DNA of 64,000 bases from Planctomycetota bacterium (lineage in GTDB: Bacteria; Planctomycetota; PLA2; JAEUHO01): NCBI GenBank assembly GCA_965222115.1, contig CBDCTJ010000001.1, positions 320,001 through 384,000 on the forward strand. Reading direction: 5' to 3'. Below the pieces are notes generated by a model. It ran no database searches, was not told the DNA's origin, and saw only the letters and a program-made list of their open reading frames with translations. Below are positions 1 through 9,468 of this stretch, in pieces (positions within the stretch are counted from its first letter, which is position 1; the number at the start of each line of letters is the position of its first letter). A program made the position numbers and the translations under genes.

Positions 1-324
1 CGCGCGAAGGGATGCAACCGTAGCGGTCAACTGAGCGCCAAAGTCAATCGGGGCAGAATCGTTGCGCTGTGACCACAGATAAACACTCACGCCTACGGCC
101 AAGATTGCCGCTACGGCAGCAAGGAGTGGCGCAACCTTGACGTGTTTCGTTCGAAGTTCACGCAGCATGAGTTGCGCTTCTGGATCAGCGGCAAGTCGGC
201 GTTCTAACCGAAGCCGTTTCAATGCGGGGAGTGTGCGCTCGATGTAAGCCGCGATGGTGGAAGGGTCCACGTCGGGGTGCTTCCTAAGCAGATCCGCAAT
301 GCGATCGTCTACGTCCTTGTTCAC
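1..324 (-). CDS. Putative membrane anti-sigma factor, running off the left edge of the window
   Basis: Not in the ORF track; translated by hand. GTG at 324 overlaps the ECF stop (GTGA). Reads MNKDVDDRIADLLRKHPDVDPSTIAAYIERTLPALKRLRLERRLAADPEAQLMLREL, then a TM helix (LLAAVAAILAVGVSVYLW), and stays open to base 1. Confidence 0.75.
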   Translation of the reverse strand, partial: MNKDVDDRIADLLRKHPDVDPSTIAAYIERTLPALKRLRLERRLAADPEAQLMLRELRTKHVKVAPLLAAVAAILAVGVSVYLWSQRNDSAPIDFGAQLTATVASLRA

Positions 325-1229
325 TGGTCTCGCTCCCTCGAATCTCGCTCTAGCTCCGCCGCGCCACGCTGCAACATGAGGTCCAGCGCAGCAACAAGTC
401 CAGGCCAATCCCTACCCACATCAAGCCCTTCGGCGGACACGCGCTTACCGAGTGCCACTCGTAACTTCTCGCAGGCGGCACGGAGAATTCGTGTCACCCG
501 CGGTGGACTAATTCGCAAAGCCTTCGCAATCGCCCGTTGTGGAAGTCCATGGCGGTACTTCAACACGATCACTTGAAGTTGGCGTGTGGTCATTGCTTCC
601 CACGCCGACGCCAACGCCTCCGAGACGATCCGCTCACTCTCGGCATCCATGAGCGCCGATACGTGCGACTTGGTTCGCGCCGGGACAGATTCATCGATTT
701 CGCTGGTGCCACCGGCGCTATCGCGACGCCAGCGGTCTACAGAACGTCGCCAGGTAACCGTCGCGAGCCAGGCGAATAGAGAGCCTCGTCCGTCGTAGGT
801 GCCCAGACGGGTACGCGCATTGCCGGATGTCGGCGGTACGGCAAGCGCGCCCCAGAGTTCACTCAGGAGTTCGCGCGTGTCACGGGACGTGCTACCGCGG
901 CGACGCATGAGTGCTCGGAGTGGTTGGGTGTAGCGACGCTCCAAGCACTCCCATGCCCCGTCGGCGCGAACATCGCACGCGGTGGCCAAGAACATGTCCT
1001 CCGCATGTAGCGGTTCGCCTCGTGTTTGCATGGCGTGAGCGAAGGCCTCGTAGGGCAACGACACCTCGGGATAGGCGCGGCAACCGAGCGCGTAGGTACG
1101 TTGCTGCCAATGGGCACTGCCTTGGAGAGAACCGCCCCGGCCGGTGTCTAAAGGCCCTACGGTCGAACGAACACCTTGACGCGGTGGCTGATTGGCGCGG
1201 ACGTTGGCGGCAGAAAACCGGCGACTCAC
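321..1229 (-). CDS. ECF sigma-70 factor with N-terminal extension (resembles the Myxococcales-type TIGR03001 family)
   Basis: Motifs EDMFLATAC and LGTYDGRGSLFAWLATVTWRRSVDRWRR (region 2); region-4 HTH LKYRHGLPQRAIAKALRISPPRVTRIL; GAGGAG SD before the GTG. Confidence 0.9.
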   Translation of the reverse strand: MSRRFSAANVRANQPPRQGVRSTVGPLDTGRGGSLQGSAHWQQRTYALGCRAYPEVSLPYEAFAHAMQTRGEPLHAEDMFLATACDVRADGAWECLERRYTQPLRALMRRRGSTSRDTRELLSELWGALAVPPTSGNARTRLGTYDGRGSLFAWLATVTWRRSVDRWRRDSAGGTSEIDESVPARTKSHVSALMDAESERIVSEALASAWEAMTTRQLQVIVLKYRHGLPQRAIAKALRISPPRVTRILRAACEKLRVALGKRVSAEGLDVGRDWPGLVAALDLMLQRGAAELERDSRERDQ

Positions 1230-1363
1230 GACGGACTCCTCACGTCACCATGATGGCATGGACACCAAAGTTGACGGGGGCGATGTGGAAAATTAACCCC
1301 AAAAGAACAGGAGAATCGCCACCCGCCCGAAACTGCGCGTTCACAGCCTGTTACGCTGACTAC

Positions 1364-4273
1364 ATGAGGTCGAGGATTCTGCTCTTTGCGATGCTGATCG
1401 CTATGCAGGGCCTGCCCTACGCCCAAGCAAAAGATGAGAAGGCGGAGGGTGCCTCCAACGCTGCGAACGTGCTGGAGTTCGTCCGTCAGATTCGCGACAC
1501 CCTGGAGAAGAAGGAGGCGGATCGCGCGCGGATGATACTTATGGCGTCAAAGTGGGATGCGTGGATCGTGATCGAATCACTGGCGCGTGAACTAGCATGG
1601 GACGCCGCTAAATTCGCCGCCGACGTCTACAAAGACAAGGTTCCGGACGGGGCCGAGCTCGCGTCATACGTCGCATGGCGGCGACTGCATCCAATGGGAT
1701 CTACGCTCGACGGCGTATCGAAGGTGGTTTCGCTCCAAAACAAGGCGATGGATCCGAACGTTGCGCCCACGGAGAGGAAACGCTACGAGCGCTTGCTTGT
1801 TGCCGCAGAAGCCGCGGGGGCCATTCGATGGTTCAATCGAGAAAACACGCTGTTGATGCGCGCGCAAGCTATCGCACAGAAGAGCAAGCCGCAACTCCCC
1901 TATCTCCCCATCGTTGAACGCCGCCTGACGCTCGCGGAAGCGGTCGGCATGGACGCGAGCAAGATCTGGCGATACCTCGACTTCCTTTGTCGCGAATACT
2001 CATCGCGCCGCCAATTTGAAAAGGCAAACGCCTATGCGGCACGTTCGCTCAAGCTCGCGGCGGACGACGACCAACGATCCAAGTCGCTGAGACGGCTGGT
2101 GACGCTTGCGTCGAAGCGCGGCGAGTCCACGCAAGTAATTCGGTATGTTCGCGCGCTTCGTGCATTGGCAGCACGACATAAGAATGCGGTAGGCGTTGCT
2201 GCGGCCGACATTAAGTGGGCAGCGGCCGACGCGACACTCGGTCGACCCAATGCTGCCATGGCGCGACTCGAGCCCGCGCTCGAGATTCTAGAAGCCCACG
2301 GCACCAAAGAACATTTGCGTGGCGGGCACTTGCAGGCTGCAATGATCGCAATTACAAGTAATGATTTCGAGCGGACGCTCCGTCATGTTGCTCGTGCAGA
2401 TGCCGCGTCGAAGGGGCTCCCTTACAAGGACTACCGACTCCGACAATTTGAAGCGCACTCGTTGTGGGCGTTAGGCGAGCAGGATGAGGCTCGGCGGGTG
2501 CTGGACGAATTACTTGAACGAATCCCAGTCCACGAACGGGAGGAGCGCGCGAAAACAATCGCGATTCAAATCATGTACGCGAATCGCGCGACTGATGTAG
2601 TCGAGAATGAAGCCCGACTGGCCGAACTCAGAACCCTACGGGCTAACTCAACGTCGTCCTCGGCAGTGGCCCAACTCGCGTTCTGTGACATGAAGGTTGC
2701 GTTTCAAAAAGGGCTGCATGCTGAGGCAATTCGCGCAGGAAAGAGGGCAAGGCTGCACGCAGAGCGATCCGTGAATCCGCTGGATCAGATTCAAATCGAC
2801 TATCTCCTCGCGCGCGCCTATGTCGCCTTAGGTGAATACGCGCATGCAAGACGGCAAATCAAAGTGACGCTTCGCCTTCTCACAGAGTATTCAGAATCCA
2901 TGCCCGAGCAAATGGGCGTCACGTTTCGCGAACCACTACGCTCGATCCCGCAACTCGCCGCTGATCTCGCTAGCAAACAAGAAGACTATGAAGCGTTGTT
3001 TCAGATCGCGGAGCGCGCGTTCGCGGTCACACTTCGAGGCCGTGTTGGCGAAGAGGCAACAACGCAACAGGCGCTCTCGAAGGACGATCGAGACCGATTG
3101 GACGAGCTGAGGGCGAAGGAGTCGCGAGCCGCGAAACAGCTTCGTATCTCAGCGATTGCGGACGCAGGCAAGCCTATCGAGTCGCGCGCCGGTGCACCGA
3201 CGCCGCAGGTGGCGTGGGCCAACGTCCAGGATGAACTTGAGCGCCATCGAACGGCCATTCGAGCCAAGAACGTTATTGCGGGCCAGATTCTATATCCCGT
3301 GATCGATACATTCGCGAGTGCGCAAAAACGACTGACGGCAGCGGAAGCACTACTTGTGCTGATTCGCGGCACGTCTGTCGTCCACGGACTCGTCATTACG
3401 TCGCAGTCCGTTCGTTACATCGACCTGGGATCCGCTGATGAATTCGAAAGCGCGATCCGCGATCTTACATTGAGCGATCCGCTCTCGGACGAGAAGGCGG
3501 AAGTCGAGCGGTTGCACGGACTCGTTGCCAATCCAGTCAAGCTGCCTCCGTCAGTGCGGCACATCGCGGTCATGGCACAGGAAGGTTTTTCGCGTGTCCC
3601 CTACGCGGCAATCTGGCCGACACGCGAAGTACGCATGATCCCCTCGGCCACCGTAGATCGACTGCTTAATGAACGCGCTGACGACGGCAAGGGCATCTTG
3701 GCACTCGCAGATCCACGTGCGAAGGATGTGCCGAGACTTCCGGGCGCCAACCGCGAAGCACGAACCATCGGCACCACTGTATTGGTTGAAGACAAGGCTA
3801 CCGAACCATCTTTCAACCAAGCATTGCGAAGTGAGCCGTCGTGGCGATCGATTCACATTGCATGCCATGCGGCCATGAACAATGAACACCCGTTACGCTC
3901 GGCACTCATACTTGCGCCCACCAAAGACAGCGATGGCTTGTACACCGTTTCCGAGCTCCTTGGCGCACGCATCAATACAGACCTTGCCGTCCTTGCCGCG
4001 TGCTCCGCTGGGCAACGCAGTTGGATGGACTTCGAAGGCGCCATGACATTTACGCACGCCTTCTTTGTCGCCGGTGCAAAGCGTGTGTTGGTGAGCCTGT
4101 GGGATGTCAATGACGCTGCATCATCCGCGCTGTTGACCAAGTTCTATGAATTCTGGACACCCAAGACGTCTCCGGCAACAGCATTGACCAAAGCGCAGGC
4201 ATGGATGCGAACGAAAAAGAAGTGGGCTCACCCAGCATTCTGGGCAAGTTGGCAGCTTTGGGGAGCACGCTGA
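1364..4273 (+). CDS. Exported TPR-CHAT (caspase-like, clan CD) protein 1
   Basis: Start moved to ATG 1364 (signal peptide MRSRILLFAMLIAMQGLPYAQA; TGtTACGCT box 6 nt upstream). Helical TPR-like body; CHAT motifs IHIACHA, VLAACSAG, AGAKRVLVSLWDVND, HPAFWASW. Confidence 0.9.
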   Translation: MRSRILLFAMLIAMQGLPYAQAKDEKAEGASNAANVLEFVRQIRDTLEKKEADRARMILMASKWDAWIVIESLARELAWDAAKFAADVYKDKVPDGAELASYVAWRRLHPMGSTLDGVSKVVSLQNKAMDPNVAPTERKRYERLLVAAEAAGAIRWFNRENTLLMRAQAIAQKSKPQLPYLPIVERRLTLAEAVGMDASKIWRYLDFLCREYSSRRQFEKANAYAARSLKLAADDDQRSKSLRRLVTLASKRGESTQVIRYVRALRALAARHKNAVGVAAADIKWAAADATLGRPNAAMARLEPALEILEAHGTKEHLRGGHLQAAMIAITSNDFERTLRHVARADAASKGLPYKDYRLRQFEAHSLWALGEQDEARRVLDELLERIPVHEREERAKTIAIQIMYANRATDVVENEARLAELRTLRANSTSSSAVAQLAFCDMKVAFQKGLHAEAIRAGKRARLHAERSVNPLDQIQIDYLLARAYVALGEYAHARRQIKVTLRLLTEYSESMPEQMGVTFREPLRSIPQLAADLASKQEDYEALFQIAERAFAVTLRGRVGEEATTQQALSKDDRDRLDELRAKESRAAKQLRISAIADAGKPIESRAGAPTPQVAWANVQDELERHRTAIRAKNVIAGQILYPVIDTFASAQKRLTAAEALLVLIRGTSVVHGLVITSQSVRYIDLGSADEFESAIRDLTLSDPLSDEKAEVERLHGLVANPVKLPPSVRHIAVMAQEGFSRVPYAAIWPTREVRMIPSATVDRLLNERADDGKGILALADPRAKDVPRLPGANREARTIGTTVLVEDKATEPSFNQALRSEPSWRSIHIACHAAMNNEHPLRSALILAPTKDSDGLYTVSELLGARINTDLAVLAACSAGQRSWMDFEGAMTFTHAFFVAGAKRVLVSLWDVNDAASSALLTKFYEFWTPKTSPATALTKAQAWMRTKKKWAHPAFWASWQLWGAR

Positions 4274-4356
4274 TTCGGCTTGGTTCAAGGCGCATAACGT
4301 GTGGGACCGTGTCACGCCGTAGTTGCAATCATTCCAGTCGTGGAAATACTGATGTC

Positions 4357-7251
4357 ATGCGAGCGAAACCTCGAATGTGTTCACGCGTGATTCTATTGGC
4401 AATGTCTCTGCTAGCCATTTCATCACTGATGCCAGTGTTCGCCGAAGAACCGCTCCTCGCAAAGCCCGTTCAAACGTACGCCAAGACCATTGCAGAAGCC
4501 GTTGACGAGGGAGACGACGCGAAGCTGGATGCACTCGTAGCCAAGAACACGCATGACCCGTGGCTCGTTGTAGAAGCACTATTGGCAAAGGACGATAACA
4601 AGGCCGCACACCAACTTGCAGTTCGATTGCCGGCATCGCCGGACACACGCCAACTCGCTTCCTACATCAAGAAGTGTCAAGGCGCCGCCCGTGTAACGAT
4701 CGATCGAGTCTCTTCCCTTCTCCGTGATCTTCGCAATCTGGAGCAAGATGAAGCCAAAAATGACCTCGATTTCGATGCGACGGCCCGGTTGGCCATTGCC
4801 GAGCGGGCGCAGGCACTCGGTTGGCTCTCGTTCGCAAGCAGGATTCTCGATCTGAGCCACGCGACGTCAAAACAGGACGCTGCATTCACGCTCAAGTGCC
4901 TTCAGTTGTGGATTGCGGTCGAGCAACATCGGGAACAACCCGATCGTGAAGTGCGAGTGCGCGGAGCGATTGCCAAAGTTCTTTCACAACAGCAGCGTCC
5001 GCGCGAAGCGCTGGCTTATGCCGAACCGGCCCTGCGGCTTAAGTTGCCGTCGAAACTGAGGCACTATGCGCTTGTGATGAATGTTTCGTTACTCGTGACG
5101 TTAGGCGAGAACGCGCGCGTGCTGGCGCTGGTACCCGAGTTGCGCAAACAAACTACCGCACAGAAGAACGCGATTGGCACAGCGATCGTGGATCTGCAAT
5201 GGGCCGCCGCCAACGCGAATTTAGGCCGACCCGCAGCGGCGCTTGCTCGTCTCGATCATGCCCTACGAGTGATCGAAGCTGCGGGCCCGATCCACCTACA
5301 ACAGTCTGCTCACATGCAAGCTGCCAATATCGCGATCATTCACAGAGATCCCGAGCGGGCGACAAAGCACGTCCAACGTGCGCGCGCAAAGGGTCAACTC
5401 AACAAGATCGTTAGGCTGCATTTGGATCGACTGGAGGCAGATGCGCTGTTTATGATGGGGCGCATTGACGATTCAATGCGTGTCACACGAGGGTCAGTTC
5501 AACAAATTCCCAAGAACGACGTGCGGTCGCAGACACCACCCCGCACTCGACTCATGTCGCTCCATCTCGCGAAGCGAGACGTTGACGCGGCAAAAATTGA
5601 GCTGGACTGGCTGACCAACGTGCTTCAGTCCGGCGCGCTCGATGCAAAGTTGCGCCGCGAAGTTGTGCGAAACATCTGCTATTTTTATGTCTTCACCGGC
5701 GCCTACGAACGTGCACTGACAATAGCCGAGCGCGAACTTGCACGAGAGACAGACTACGATGACCCTGCCCATCGACGAGGGCTTCGGTACCACGCGTCTC
5801 AGGCGGCACTTCAATTGGGCGCAACCGACAAGGCGCTGCAACACGTAGACGCGTTGATCGCGCTCACGGTCGATACCACCAATGAAATGCCCGAACGCAC
5901 ACTGAAAGAGTCTCGCGCTAGTTGGGTCGGTTTGGCGACCATGGCCATCGATGCGGCTATGGCCGCCAAGGATGCAGGTCGAGTTGTCTCCTATCTTGAA
6001 CTCATACGCGCCGTTTCGACACGGGCTCGAATTGGCGTGGAGCATGTGGAGTCACGCACGCTACGCAAAGAGGATAAGGAGACGCTCGACAAACTTCGTG
6101 ACGCGGAACGCATGACCATCGCCGCGTTTCAGAAGTTGAACGACGACAAATCGAAGCTCGCCACTACGAAGCGAGTGGAATTGGTGAAGCGGCTATCATC
6201 GATTCGCGAATCACTCGCCGAGCGGAGAGAGGCTATTCGGGCGCAGCGAGTCGTTGCTGGACACATACTCTACCCCTCCGTTGACTCGCTCCGAGATGTA
6301 CAACTGCGATTAGCAGCCGATGAGGCCTTTATCTACTTCGCGTTTGGACGGGTACGAGCTGTGGCGCTGCTTGTCACAGCCAAAGCGACAAAACTAATGA
6401 ACCTTGGCATGCGTTCTGACGTTGCTTCGGTACTGGAAGGGCTCGCGATTGGTGATTCCATGTCATCTTCGGAAGAGGATCTGGAAATACTGCGAACGGC
6501 GATCGGCAAGCCTTTGGCGCTACCGAAGCACATTGTGCGCGTGTCAATCTCCGGCGAAGCCGCATTCACCCGGGTGCCGTACGCACTGCTTTGGCCTACG
6601 CGTGAGATTGTCATGGTCTCCTCCGCCACCATTCAACGCCTGCTCCAGACGGAGTCGAGTTCGGGTAAAGACGTGCTGGCCGTAGCCGATCCAGCGGCGC
6701 CGAACGTCTCGCGGCTTGTTGGCGCACGGGCCACTGCAACATCCATTGCCACGCGCGTACTTGCCGACAAGGACGCGACGGAGGAAGCGATCGATATCGC
6801 GCTCAAGCGAAAGGAACGTTGGCGAAGCGTACACTTTGCGTGTCATGCAGCGATGGATGAAGCGAAGCCCCTGCAATCAGCGTTGCTCGTATCACCGTCC
6901 AAGCACAACGACGGCTTTATGACCGTCTTGGAGCTCCTGGACGCCTCGGTTCAATCTGAGTTGGTCGTGCTGGCAGCTTGTTCTACGGGGACTCGCAATG
7001 CGCGCGATGTGGACGGGACCCTCACATTCGTGAATGCATTCTTCGTTTCGGGCGCAACCCGCGTCATTGTTAGTCTCTGGGACGTCAATGACGAAGCTAC
7101 GGCGGCGCTCTTCAAGAAGTTCTACGCCCTGTGGAAGCCGGCGACGTCACCTGGCGCAGCGCTAGCGAAGGCGCAAGCATGGATGCGAACTCAAAAGAAG
7201 TGGAAGCATCCGGCGCACTGGGCAGGGTGGCAGATATGGGGACCGCGGTAA
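4357..7251 (+). CDS. Exported TPR-CHAT protein 2, tandem paralogue of protein 1
   Basis: Signal peptide SRVILLAMSLLAISSLMPVFA; motifs VHFACHA, VLAACSTG, SGATRVIVSLWDVND, HPAHWAGW; C-terminus nearly identical to protein 1. Start is 4357 or 4375. Confidence 0.9.
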   Translation: MRAKPRMCSRVILLAMSLLAISSLMPVFAEEPLLAKPVQTYAKTIAEAVDEGDDAKLDALVAKNTHDPWLVVEALLAKDDNKAAHQLAVRLPASPDTRQLASYIKKCQGAARVTIDRVSSLLRDLRNLEQDEAKNDLDFDATARLAIAERAQALGWLSFASRILDLSHATSKQDAAFTLKCLQLWIAVEQHREQPDREVRVRGAIAKVLSQQQRPREALAYAEPALRLKLPSKLRHYALVMNVSLLVTLGENARVLALVPELRKQTTAQKNAIGTAIVDLQWAAANANLGRPAAALARLDHALRVIEAAGPIHLQQSAHMQAANIAIIHRDPERATKHVQRARAKGQLNKIVRLHLDRLEADALFMMGRIDDSMRVTRGSVQQIPKNDVRSQTPPRTRLMSLHLAKRDVDAAKIELDWLTNVLQSGALDAKLRREVVRNICYFYVFTGAYERALTIAERELARETDYDDPAHRRGLRYHASQAALQLGATDKALQHVDALIALTVDTTNEMPERTLKESRASWVGLATMAIDAAMAAKDAGRVVSYLELIRAVSTRARIGVEHVESRTLRKEDKETLDKLRDAERMTIAAFQKLNDDKSKLATTKRVELVKRLSSIRESLAERREAIRAQRVVAGHILYPSVDSLRDVQLRLAADEAFIYFAFGRVRAVALLVTAKATKLMNLGMRSDVASVLEGLAIGDSMSSSEEDLEILRTAIGKPLALPKHIVRVSISGEAAFTRVPYALLWPTREIVMVSSATIQRLLQTESSSGKDVLAVADPAAPNVSRLVGARATATSIATRVLADKDATEEAIDIALKRKERWRSVHFACHAAMDEAKPLQSALLVSPSKHNDGFMTVLELLDASVQSELVVLAACSTGTRNARDVDGTLTFVNAFFVSGATRVIVSLWDVNDEATAALFKKFYALWKPATSPGAALAKAQAWMRTQKKWKHPAHWAGWQIWGPR

Positions 7252-7336
7252 CTGCAGTGGGGTAGAACGGTTGGCTGCGCGTGTCGTGCTCACTGGTCTT
7301 TGCGACCTCCGTTTCGCATGCGTGTACCATCCATGG

Positions 7337-7570
7337 ATGTCCCGCGCCGACCGTCGCCAACGCATCGCACGTATAGTCCAACGACGGACAACGCAAGCCC
7401 GCGCCCTGAATTGGCGCGTCGGCGAGCAACCCGATGATCGTGACCGTGGCCGATGGCGGCGACACGCGCCTATGGACTGTGGTCGACCTCGATGCGGACT
7501 GTGCTCGGGACCGAGGTGGCGGCAAGAGCGGGCGAGACAGAAATCAGGCTACGACACTCTCGATGAGTAG
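7337..7570 (+). CDS. Small Arg-rich protein with a CxxxxCxxC motif (77 aa)
   Basis: MSRADRRQRIARIVQRR...DCGRPRCGLCSGPRWRQER; TACCAT box 6 nt before the ATG; fills an otherwise empty gap. Confidence 0.55.
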   Translation: MSRADRRQRIARIVQRRTTQARALNWRVGEQPDDRDRGRWRRHAPMDCGRPRCGLCSGPRWRQERARQKSGYDTLDE

Positions 7571-7661
7571 CGCAATAGGGGTGACGCCCGTCCGATCGTA
7601 AACACCCATGGTGCTTCCCGGTACAAGAGTCGCTCATTCGTTGCTCTAGGAGTCGATTTCG

Positions 7662-9434
7662 TTGGCACTTCTTCAGCTCAAGTCCCTTTCCGTCGCATTT
7701 GGCGGACCACCGTTGCTTGACGACGTGAATTTGTCGGTCGAGCGGGGTGAACGACTCGCGTTGCTGGGGCGCAACGGATCGGGGAAGTCCACGTTGATGC
7801 GCGTGATTCATGGCTCCCTTGAACCCGACGAAGGCCGTGTGATCAAGGAGAGCCGTGCCCGCATTGCGATGTTGGATCAACGCGTGCCCGACGACCTCTC
7901 CGGAACGATTGAAGAGGTGGTTGTGTCCGGTGCGGGTTGTATCCCCCACCGCGCAACGGAACGCCACATTGCGCGCGCCACCATTTCGCGTGCTGGCCTG
8001 GACGGCGAATTGGATGTGGCCACACTGTCGGCAGGGCTACGACGACGCGTGCTGATTGCTTCGGCGATTGCAAGCGATGCCGACATTCTTCTGTTGGACG
8101 AACCCACCAACCACTTGGATCTCGATTCGATTGCGTGGCTGGAGTCGCTCATTCTTCGAGAAGACAAGACATTGATCTTTGTCACACACGACCGAGCGTT
8201 TTTGCGTCGCATCGCAACCGGCATTCTCGATCTCGATCGGGGCACCGTTGCACGCCATGACGCCGACTACGACAAGTACTTGGATCGCAAGAGCGGTGCA
8301 CGCGAATCGGAGACGCGCAAGCGCGCGCAGTTTGACAAGGTGCTTGCCCAAGAAGAGTCGTGGATTCGTCAGGGCGTCCGCGAACGCCGCAAACGCAACA
8401 TGGGCCGCGTGAGTCGACTGAAGGAGATGCGCGAGGCGTATCGAACCCGTCGCAGCGAGAGCGGTACGGCGCGTATGACGGCCCAAGAAGCCGGACGGAC
8501 GGGTCGCAAGGTCATTGACGCCAAAAACGTGAGCTACGCGTGGGACGGTATGCCCATAGTGTCGGCATTTTCAACCACGATCATGCGCGGAGATCGTATT
8601 GGATTGATTGGTCGCAATGGCTCGGGCAAAACCACGTTGGTGCGACTGTTGTTGGGTGAATTGGAGCCCTCATCGGGTGACGTGACGCACGGCGCGAATC
8701 TGGAAGTGGCCTACTTTGATCAGCTCCATGCCACGCTCGACCCCAGCAAATCGGTCGCCGACAATGTGGGTGACGGAAGTGCCACGATCACGGTGAATGG
8801 TGCTACACGGCAAGTGATTGGCTACCTCGCGGAATTTTTGTTTACGGCCGATCAGGCGCGCAATCCGATTTCCCATCTGTCGGGCGGTGAACGCAATCGT
8901 TTGTTGCTGGCGCGTCTCTTCGCACGTCCATCCAATGTGCTGGTGCTGGATGAACCTACGAACGATCTCGACGTAGAAACACTCGAGGTCCTTGAAGACT
9001 TGCTGGTCAACTACAACGGTACGGTCATCATCGTGAGTCACGACCGCGAACTACTCGATCATGTTGTCACAAGTACGCTCGTCATGGAGGGCAAGGGGCG
9101 CGTTGGTGAGTATGCAGGCGGCTATAGCGACTGGTTGGCTCAGCGAAAAGCCTCGGCGCCGGCCGCCAAAGCGAAAAAGTCAAAGTCGAAACCCAAACCT
9201 ACGACGAAACTGCCGCCAAAACTCAACAAAGACGAACGCAGAGAGCTGCGTGAGCTACCCGCACGCATTGAAAAACTAGAATCCAAGCAGGCCGCGCTAC
9301 ACACCAAGATGACCGACCCCGCCTACTTCCAGCAGACCGGCGATGTCCTCGCCCGCGACAAGGAAACGCTCGCCGCACTCGACGCCTCCATCACCGCCGC
9401 CTACGCCCGCTGGGAAGAACTCGACAACCGCTAG
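7662..9434 (+). CDS. uup: ABC-F family ATPase Uup
   Basis: Two ABC domains (GRNGSGKS/T, LSGGE, LDEPTN), no TM segments, C-terminal coiled coil ending ARWEELD; AGGAG SD before the TTG. Confidence 0.9.
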   Translation: MALLQLKSLSVAFGGPPLLDDVNLSVERGERLALLGRNGSGKSTLMRVIHGSLEPDEGRVIKESRARIAMLDQRVPDDLSGTIEEVVVSGAGCIPHRATERHIARATISRAGLDGELDVATLSAGLRRRVLIASAIASDADILLLDEPTNHLDLDSIAWLESLILREDKTLIFVTHDRAFLRRIATGILDLDRGTVARHDADYDKYLDRKSGARESETRKRAQFDKVLAQEESWIRQGVRERRKRNMGRVSRLKEMREAYRTRRSESGTARMTAQEAGRTGRKVIDAKNVSYAWDGMPIVSAFSTTIMRGDRIGLIGRNGSGKTTLVRLLLGELEPSSGDVTHGANLEVAYFDQLHATLDPSKSVADNVGDGSATITVNGATRQVIGYLAEFLFTADQARNPISHLSGGERNRLLLARLFARPSNVLVLDEPTNDLDVETLEVLEDLLVNYNGTVIIVSHDRELLDHVVTSTLVMEGKGRVGEYAGGYSDWLAQRKASAPAAKAKKSKSKPKPTTKLPPKLNKDERRELRELPARIEKLESKQAALHTKMTDPAYFQQTGDVLARDKETLAALDASITAAYARWEELDNR

Positions 9435-9468
9435 GCATACACCTCGGTGTCGGGCACAGCGCGTATGG

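Noticed and set aside
1329-1353. ECF promoter GAAAC-N16-GTTA for CHAT 1
   Set aside because: It overlaps an extended -10 (TGtTACGCT) that matches the leaderless pattern seen elsewhere; the two cannot be told apart from sequence.
911-1363. N-terminal extension of CHAT 1 in the ORF track
   Set aside because: Overlaps the ECF gene on the opposite strand, and the signal peptide begins at 1364.
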